Part shown: positions 57,900 to 64,000 of the stretch, piece by piece
Numbering within the stretch: the stretch's first letter is position 1
Layout of the letters: each line of letters starts with the position of its first letter
NCBI GenBank assembly: GCA_965205205.1
Contig: CBDBFX010000002.1
Location: 1,053,475-1,117,474, forward strand
Reading direction: 5' to 3'
From: Arenicellales bacterium
GTDB taxonomy: Bacteria; Pseudomonadota; Gammaproteobacteria; Arenicellales; JAJDZL01
DNA: 64,000 nt
Translations under genes and position numbers: made by a program
The notes under the pieces: generated by a model
Told to the model about the DNA's origin: nothing
The model's input: only the letters and a program-made list of their open reading frames with translations
Database searches by the model: none

Positions 57900-59105
57900 T
57901 CATTGTCGCAGGTACCCGTCGCGCGTCTGCGGCGCTTTGATGCCCAGTAACCGACTGCCAACCTGAGTTTTCAGTATCTGTGCGGTCCCACCACCGATTG
58001 TGAACATTCGCACATCGCGGTACATCCGTTCAAGTGGCTCCTGATCACCATAGCCTCGAGCACCGAACATCTGCAACGCATCGCTGACAACCCGGATGGC
58101 TGTTTCCGATGCAAATATCTTCGCTCTAGCGGCCAGCAACGCGTCAGGAAACGGTTGGTCCCGTCCGCCAGCTGATCGCGCCGCTTCATACAGCAGCAAC
58201 CGAGAAGCATGTACCGATGTATCCATTTCAGCTATCATCCACTGCAGCCCTTGGAATTCAGCAAGCGGTCGACCGAACTGACGTCTGGCAAGCAGATGGC
58301 GTTTTGCATGTTCAAGCGCTCCTGCTGCGATACCCATTGCGATCGTTCCCGCACCAACCCGTTGACTGTTGTATGCGCTCATCAGATCGGCAAAACCTCG
58401 GCGAAGTCCAGACGGAGTGGGAAGTAAAAAAGACTCGTCAACCTCGAGATCGCAGAAATGCAGTTCAGCTTCAGGCATGCCACACAAACCCAGTGTTCGC
58501 TCCCGACGGGCAACCGTGAATCCCCGTGGCTCGATATCGGCGGATGGATCACAGTGAACGATGAATCCACCAATACCCAGATCATCGCCTTGTTCATTCA
58601 ACACTCTGGCGAATATCAAATGAAGCTTGGATACACCACCACCGGTAATCCAGTGCTTCACGCCGTTGATCGCGTATTTTGACCCCTTTTTTCGGGCGAC
58701 TGTTTTCATTTCAGTCGCGGCGCTGCCAGCTTCTGGTTCAGTAATGCAAATCGCGGGTTTGTCACCAGCTATGACCAATGGGGCGCAGAATCGCTTCTGA
58801 TGATCGGTGCCATAAGCCATGATCGCACTGATCGCTCCCATGTTCGATTCTACCATGATGCGCGCACTCAGCGCACAGCTACGGGCAATTTCCTCAATCA
58901 CCAGCACCGTTTCATAAAAAGACGCCGATCGGCCACCATACTCCTTCGGAATGGTCATGCCCATTAGACCGGCACTGGCCAAATCTTCGACATTTTCCCA
59001 ACAATACTCTCTACACCGATCCCATGTAGACGCCTTTGTTGCGAATTTCTCAGCCAACTCCCTGGCAATCGACCCATAGTGGCTGCAGTGATCAGATTCG
59101 CTCAT
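57900..59105 (-). CDS. Acyl-CoA dehydrogenase family protein
   Basis: It has ITEPEAGSAATEM, KHWITGGG, QMFGARGY and RDVRMFTIGGGTAQI. Confidence 0.85.
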   Translation of the reverse strand: MSESDHCSHYGSIARELAEKFATKASTWDRCREYCWENVEDLASAGLMGMTIPKEYGGRSASFYETVLVIEEIARSCALSARIMVESNMGAISAIMAYGTDHQKRFCAPLVIAGDKPAICITEPEAGSAATEMKTVARKKGSKYAINGVKHWITGGGVSKLHLIFARVLNEQGDDLGIGGFIVHCDPSADIEPRGFTVARRERTLGLCGMPEAELHFCDLEVDESFLLPTPSGLRRGFADLMSAYNSQRVGAGTIAMGIAAGALEHAKRHLLARRQFGRPLAEFQGLQWMIAEMDTSVHASRLLLYEAARSAGGRDQPFPDALLAARAKIFASETAIRVVSDALQMFGARGYGDQEPLERMYRDVRMFTIGGGTAQILKTQVGSRLLGIKAPQTRDGYLRQ

Positions 59106-59278
59106 CTCATGGAGAACAATAATCAGGACACATCAGAGGCAGGAAGGGACCAATACCCGTCAATCACCTAGCGAGGCGTTTGCGATGGTCCTAAGCAATT
59201 GATATTGTGCGGATTGATTCCATCGTGACAAAATCGTTTCGCCCAACCTGACCTCCTATTATCAGACACTTACGTTTT

Positions 59279-59797
59279 CCAATCCCGTCAATAATCATCA
59301 AACTCTCCCACTTAAACAAATGAATGATATATTCATTTCATCATATTCTTTTCATTATCATATACTACAATCATACATACTCTATTCCATACCCCATCAA
59401 GGCACCCATCATGAGCCTGAAACAGACCTGCCTGTTCGACGAATCCGACTCCCCGCGCCGCCAAGACGATGAACAGTTCGCGCACCATTCAGGGCTTGGT
59501 CAACGCCCTGAGCGAGACCGGTTTCGATCCTCAAGCGGTGTGGTCACCGGCGGTGGCAAAGCCAGTGTTCACAAGCCTGAGTTTCACTGGGTGAACACGA
59601 TGCTCGGTAACGTCAAGTCGGCCATCCGCAGTACTCATCATTCGGTCAGCAGCAAATTCGCACTCCGGTATCTGGCGGCGTTCAAGTACCGGTCCAACCT
59701 GCCCAATCCGATTCCCCGGTTGGCTTATGCGACCCTCAGGACACCACCCATGCCCAACAGACTGCTAAAGTTAGGCTGAATACAATCGGCAATTAGG
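59279..59797 (+). mobile_element. Internally deleted, frameshifted IS1595-family derivative (~519 bp, MITE-like)
   Basis: The left end CCAATCCCGTCAATAATCATC resembles the reverse complement of the intact copy's other terminus at 14244-14266, CCTAATTACCGTGAATAATAAGC. The right end ...AAGTTAGGCTGAATACAATCGGCAATTAGG mirrors the terminus at 13235. The interior encodes NALSETGFD...(frameshift)...TGGGKASVHKPEFHWVNTMLGNVKSAIRSTHHSV..., homologous to the C-terminal quarter of the 13.2-14.2 kb transposase. Confidence 0.6.
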
Positions 59798-59826
59798 AAC
59801 GCTTATCGTCTATTTCCATCCAGAAC

Positions 59827-60253
59827 TTCAGTTTAACCGATCACCTTTCATATGCAGCTGATGAGAACTTTAAAAGCCTTCTGTTCTTGACGCGTACATG
59901 ACCTTTCGATATGGCATCAATGCTGACTTCGACTGGATTCGACCGCATCAGGCATTCTGGTTGCTGTTTACCAGGTAAACACCTCAAAATCGACAGCTCA
60001 TCGTCCCATATCGGCAGGTAAACTGACCAATCAATGACAGATGGTCTGAATTCGATGCGATGGCGATCAGTTCAGTCGATCTCTGGCAAGTTGGAATGAT
60101 TTGACAGGGGTCCTCGAAACGCTCCGGCCATCACCCCCTGCCATCCGGCCGACCCGTGCGTTCTTCCCTGAAAACAGACACCGGGAAAGAATGCCAATGT
60201 CCTCACCCGCAGCTGAATCACAGACCACCGTTCCTCAGCTTCGCAATCTCCTC
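59827..60253. repeat. Direct repeat copy A (~427 bp) covering the last 12 codons of rpn plus ~390 bp downstream of it
   Basis: I hand-aligned it to 62375-62800. The right-hand ~310 bp are about 95 percent identical and the left-hand ~115 bp are much more diverged. It contains the 15-bp palindrome GTTTACCAGGTAAAC (59966-59980). Confidence 0.85.
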
Positions 60254-61216
60254 CCTGCTGAACTGCGTCACCGTTTCAACATCCCGGTCCGAATATCCCG
60301 CACGAATCATGCGCTCGGCCGTCTCGCACCTATTCTCCTGAACGCCTTTCTCATGACCCTTCTCCAGTCCCGTATCATGACCGAGCTGCCATGCTTCGGC
60401 AACCGAATCCGGCTGCAGCTCCTCCCATATCCTTATCACGTCCTGCATGTTCTTATCTCCTAGCATCGCCGCCAGCTGTTCATATAGCATTTTCTTAGTC
60501 TTCGAAATTATAACTGACCGTCTCACTCCTGACAGGTATTTCACCAGACTGCTGATGAATGGCCGGCGCAGCGCCTCTGTCAGCCGCCGCGCCCGCGCCA
60601 CCCAGTCGGCACACCGCCGCTCATCCGCCACCCAGATGTCGGCCATCACCTCCAGCACCAGGGACTCCTTGAGCGGCAGCTGCCGCAGCCGGTGCCGAAC
60701 CGCCGCTTCGCGCAGATTCACGAAGATGGCCTCGAAGTCCAGCAGACGGTGGCGGTTGAGCTGCAGAAAACCTGCCTCCAGCTCGGCGTGCCGCCAGTCG
60801 GAGAAGGACTTCCGGCCACACCACTCGGCACGCCCATGATAGACGATGACCGGCAGGACCGCATGGCTGCCATTCTTATACAGCAGGGTGATGTAGTTGA
60901 GCAGCTGCTCCATCGCCCGCCCGTCCTTGGAACTTTTGTGTTCGAAGATGAGGTGGACGCGGCTGTGCGCGTCGTGTCGGAGGCGGACCTCGACGATCAG
61001 GTCGGCCTGATAGCCGCGCAGGTCCGGCTCGTCGAACAGTGTGCCGGGCACGAGGCGGATGGTGCGCAGGTCATACAGTTTCAGTTCGGCCGGCGGCAGG
61101 GCGAGTTTGAGCAGGGTGCGCACCGCTCGGAGCTGTTGAAAATGGGCTCTGAAAAACAGATCGTGCCAGGAATCGGACGGCCGGTCCTGGACTGGGGAAG
61201 AAATTGTGCTTGACAT
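60218..61216 (-). CDS. Rpn-family (YhgA-like) recombination-promoting nuclease / putative transposase, PD-(D/E)xK fold
   Basis: DLFFRAHFQQ...YQADLIVEVRL...VHLIFEHKSSKDGRAMEQLLNY is the characteristic D...EhKS core of the Transposase_31/Rpn family. The C-terminal helical tail ends ...SREEIAKLRNGGL. Confidence 0.8.
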   Translation of the reverse strand: MSSTISSPVQDRPSDSWHDLFFRAHFQQLRAVRTLLKLALPPAELKLYDLRTIRLVPGTLFDEPDLRGYQADLIVEVRLRHDAHSRVHLIFEHKSSKDGRAMEQLLNYITLLYKNGSHAVLPVIVYHGRAEWCGRKSFSDWRHAELEAGFLQLNRHRLLDFEAIFVNLREAAVRHRLRQLPLKESLVLEVMADIWVADERRCADWVARARRLTEALRRPFISSLVKYLSGVRRSVIISKTKKMLYEQLAAMLGDKNMQDVIRIWEELQPDSVAEAWQLGHDTGLEKGHEKGVQENRCETAERMIRAGYSDRDVETVTQFSREEIAKLRNGGL

Positions 61217-61772
61217 CTGGATTCACCTCGCATAAAAGTGTGGCATACTGAACGGCCGCCGCGCGCAGCCGACCGGTCGGGCAGCTGGCGAGTTGGCATG
61301 AACGGCGTCTTGTACCTCGTTTCGGGAGCGTTTTCAACAGAAAACTGAAAATCCGTCACAGATCAATTAATCGGCCGCTGATGTCGAGCCGATATTGCTG
61401 AATGTTGGAGGTCTCTGCTGGGAAAGGTTCGGAGGCGCTCGCCTGGAACGGTTGCGGGTAAGAATGATGAACGCCGCGGCTCAAAAGGATGTCAACTGCC
61501 GGTTTCAACCGGTCTCTAAGCCTCGAATCTCAACAGATGCCACCCACGCCCGATTCGAAGTGCAAGCGGGCAGAGAGTGTGGAATCGGCGGCATTACAAT
61601 AACCTGTCGCGGTGCGTCGACCGTTGGCAATATGGAATCACCCGCAAACTTAACTTCATGGAGGCCGTACTCCTGCGACAGTTTTAACCCGAAGTTCTGG
61701 AAGCAAATAAACGATAGGTATTTGTTAATTCAATGATACTTTGACTATCCAATGCTCAGTTTCTGACCACGT

Positions 61773-62160
61773 TTAGATTTTCACCTGCAACAGGTCAAAG
61801 GCGGTACGCTGCAGCTCAGTCTGTTCCGCCAACTGACTGAACCGCTGCTGAAACTGTTCGATGACAACAGTGTTGCGACACAAGGTGCCCAAGTGTCCGA
61901 GCAGGCCGCGGAAGTGATGGGTCGGATGACCGTGCGCCGCGCGCCGCTTTGCGCCGGGCACTGGCCGAAGGAACGCTGGAGCGCACCGGCGAGCCGCGCC
62001 GCCTCCTGGCGGTCATCCTCGGCGAACAGCAGTGGCGCCCAGGCCCGTCTCATGTGCCATTCCACATGGGGCCCGCCTCAGCCGGCCGAGACCAGCTCGC
62101 CGAAGCGAAGCCGCGGTTGATGCCCACCGATGTCTGGCCACCCGGGTACAGGAGTTACTC
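61773..62160 (-). pseudogene. Frameshifted C-terminal remnant of a DDE transposase (IS4/IS1634-like; family assignment tentative)
   Basis: The two overlapping minus-strand frames read ...HVEWHMRRAWAPLLFAEDDRQEAARLAG... and ...PGAKRRAAHGHPTHHFRGLLGHLGTLCRNTVV...TELQRTAFDLLQVKI. This recalls transposase C-termini, with no intact upstream part. Confidence 0.4.
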
Positions 62161-62374
62161 ACCATGAAGTCGGACACCTCCTGGTGCCAACCAAACTGAT
62201 AGGACCACTACCGTCGAGTCCACTACACTTCAGATTCGCACCCTTGAACCGACTGATGGCAGACCGGCATCAACTGCTTCCATATGTACGCCTGATTGTG
62301 GCCACCCTTCTCGGTCCAGATAGCGTCTATCGTCATAAATTGCAGAACACTCACCGCCCTTTCGCCTCGGAGTG

Positions 62375-62800
62375 TTCAGTTTATCCGATCACCATTCGGC
62401 TGCCGCTGATGAGAACTTTGAAAGCCTTGTGTTCTCGACGCGGGCAGGACCCTTCAATATGGCACCAATATTGACTGCGACTGGCTTCGACCGCATCAGG
62501 CATTGAGGTTGCTGTTTACCAGGTAAACACCTCAAAATCGACAGCTCATCGTCCCATATTGGAAGGTAAACTGACCAATCAATGACAGATGGTCTGAATT
62601 CGATGCGACGGCGATCAGTTCAGTCGCTCTCTGGCAAGCTGGAATGATTTGACAGGGCCCTCGAAACGCTCCGTCCATCACCCTCTGCCATCCGGCCGAC
62701 CCGTGCGTTCTTCCCTGAAAACAGACACCAGGGAAGAATGCCAATGTCCTCACCCGCAGCTGAATCACAGACCACCGTTCCTCAGCTTCGCAATCTCCTC
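62375..62800. repeat. Direct repeat copy B (~426 bp), including an orphan copy of the last 12 rpn codons
   Basis: It ends with TCACAGACCACCGTTCCTCAGCTTCGCAATCTCCTC, identical to 60218-60253, after which the similarity stops. It contains the same palindrome GTTTACCAGGTAAAC (62514-62528). Confidence 0.85.
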
Positions 62801-62966
62801 ATAGCAAATGCGATGACGAAGGCGGTCATCAGCCCGATCCAAGTTCAGACGAACAGCAGCATCCATTGCAGACTGGATAGCGGAAGAATTGGCTGAGTTG
62901 GTCATTACAGGATACCTTCTTCAAAACAGACGGCCGGATGCCGACAAAAAAAGTATCGGTACGTTT

Positions 62967-62994
62967 CAGGGGCGCCGTTGGTCAAACGCCCCTG
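62967..62994 (-). terminator. Possible intrinsic terminator downstream of the BMP-family binding-protein gene
   Basis: On the minus strand it reads CAGGGGCG-tttgaccaacgg-CGCCCCTG, an 8-bp GC-rich stem. A T7 run follows only ~14 nt later, so it is non-canonical. Confidence 0.35.
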
Positions 62995-63026
62995 ATTTCA
63001 ATTGGGATCAGTTTCCTCTGCCTCGA

Positions 63027-64000
63027 TTACTTCGGCAGGGCTCCTTCCACACCCATCACATAATAGTCCATGCCTAGCAGATCACCGTCGCTCAACATGG
63101 CACCCGCTCCGACCACCTCATTGCCAGCCTGATCCATGATCGGCCCGGCAAATGGATGAATCGTTCCTGAACGAATGCCGGCAACGGTCGCATGAGCGTC
63201 TGCGACAACCTCGGCAGGTAACGACTTCGGATTGAATTCCGCTAGTTTGATCATGTCGGCATCAATGCCGCCCCAGACGTCTCCCGAGGTCCAGTTACCG
63301 TCCATTGCCGCTTGCGTACGCGCCACGTAATATGGGCCCCAATTGTTGACAATGGCCGTCAGATGAGCCCGCGGACCGAATGCGACCATGTCTGATGCCT
63401 GACCAAAAGCCCACACGCCACGCTCTTCTGCAACCTGCAGCGGAGCCGGTGAATCCGTATGCTGAACGATGATATCAGCGCCCTGATCAATCAGTGCTTT
63501 CGCCGCGTCTCCTTCCAAACCCGGGTCAAACCAGCTGCTGACCCAGACAACCTTGACGGTCGCATCTGGATTGACACTGCGCAGTCCCAGAGTGAATGCA
63601 TTGATTCCCCGCACAACTTCTGGAATGGGGAATGAAGCGATGTAACCAATCGTGTTGGACTGGGTAACAGCACCGGCAATCCGACCGATGACATAGCGCC
63701 CTTCGTAGAAACGCGCCAGGTAGGTGGCAACGTTGTCTGCGCGCTTGTATCCGGAACAATGTTCAAAATAAGTATCCGGAAAATTCTTTGCAACCTTGAT
63801 GGTTGGGTTCATATATCCGAATGAGGTGGTAAAGATCAACTGGTGACCATCAGCGGCCAACTGTCGGATGACCCTCTCGGCGTCCTGACCCTCAGGAACG
63901 AATTCGACAAAGGTCGTCTGCACTTTATCGCCGAACGCCTCCTCAACCGCAAGGCGCCCTTCGTTGTGCTGATACGTCCATCCGTGATCGCCGACAGGAC
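63027..64000 (-). CDS. BMP-family (Med/PnrA-like) ABC transporter substrate-binding protein. The 5' end lies outside the window.
   Basis: The minus-strand frame is open to the window edge. The translation reads ...VGDHGWTYQHNEGRLAVEEAFGDKVQTTFVEFVPEGQDAERVIRQLAADGHQLIFTTSFGYM...GYIASFPIPEVVRGINAFTLG. Confidence 0.85.
   Translation of the reverse strand, partial: PVGDHGWTYQHNEGRLAVEEAFGDKVQTTFVEFVPEGQDAERVIRQLAADGHQLIFTTSFGYMNPTIKVAKNFPDTYFEHCSGYKRADNVATYLARFYEGRYVIGRIAGAVTQSNTIGYIASFPIPEVVRGINAFTLGLRSVNPDATVKVVWVSSWFDPGLEGDAAKALIDQGADIIVQHTDSPAPLQVAEERGVWAFGQASDMVAFGPRAHLTAIVNNWGPYYVARTQAAMDGNWTSGDVWGGIDADMIKLAEFNPKSLPAEVVADAHATVAGIRSGTIHPFAGPIMDQAGNEVVGAGAMLSDGDLLGMDYYVMGVEGALPK

Noticed and set aside
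62532-62768. A 78-aa minus-strand ORF inside repeat copy B (and the 120-aa plus-strand ORF at 60101-60463 across copy A)
   Set aside because: The minus-strand ORF is not preserved in the ~95-percent-identical copy A. The plus-strand ORF is antisense to rpn. The conservation of the repeat therefore does not look protein-coding.

Overview
This 64-kb chromosomal window looks like a gammaproteobacterium-type genome. That placement is inference from hemC-hemD-hemX-hemY, argH, lptM-lysA, mutM and yfhL synteny, and no database search was possible. Most of the window is housekeeping genes plus a large methylated-amine/osmolyte catabolic region. That region holds a non-Pyl MttB-family methyltransferase, a dimethylglycine-dehydrogenase-like enzyme, an N-methylproline-demethylase-like flavoenzyme, soxBDAG sarcosine oxidase, an amino-acid ABC transporter, a split ComDE-like ThDP decarboxylase with an aminotransferase, acyl-CoA dehydrogenases and a guanine deaminase. 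The window is heavily peppered with mobile DNA. There is an intact 1,750-bp IS1380-family element with a TTAA target duplication inside a decayed AAA-ATPase gene. There is also an IS1595-family element whose transposase carries a TGG-to-TAG nonsense codon, an adjacent IS3-family element, an orphan IS1380 right end, a 519-bp internally deleted IS1595 derivative and a transposase remnant. An Rpn (YhgA-like) nuclease gene is bracketed by ~427-bp direct repeats. The stand-out is a visibly AT-rich island (about 15.56-21.3 kb) between hemC plus the IS elements and argH. It has three co-directional ORFs: a Mrr-like nuclease plus SF2 helicase, a gamma-class N6-adenine methyltransferase, and a TRD-like C-terminal module. 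Together they reproduce the domain order of single-polypeptide Type ISP restriction-modification enzymes. Both ORF junctions sit exactly on long poly-G tracts (G11 and G9). Adding one G at the first tract and removing one G at the second restores a single ~1,670-aa reading frame. This is therefore either a doubly phase-variable (or modular, split) Type ISP-like defence system or a homopolymer sequencing artefact. A second small AT-rich islet (32.74-34.66 kb) carries a DUF5131 (Gp37/Gp68) protein, a Panacea-domain (PanA-like) putative antitoxin and a downstream transmembrane mini-ORF interrupted by TAG. I found no rRNA, tRNA or CRISPR array.
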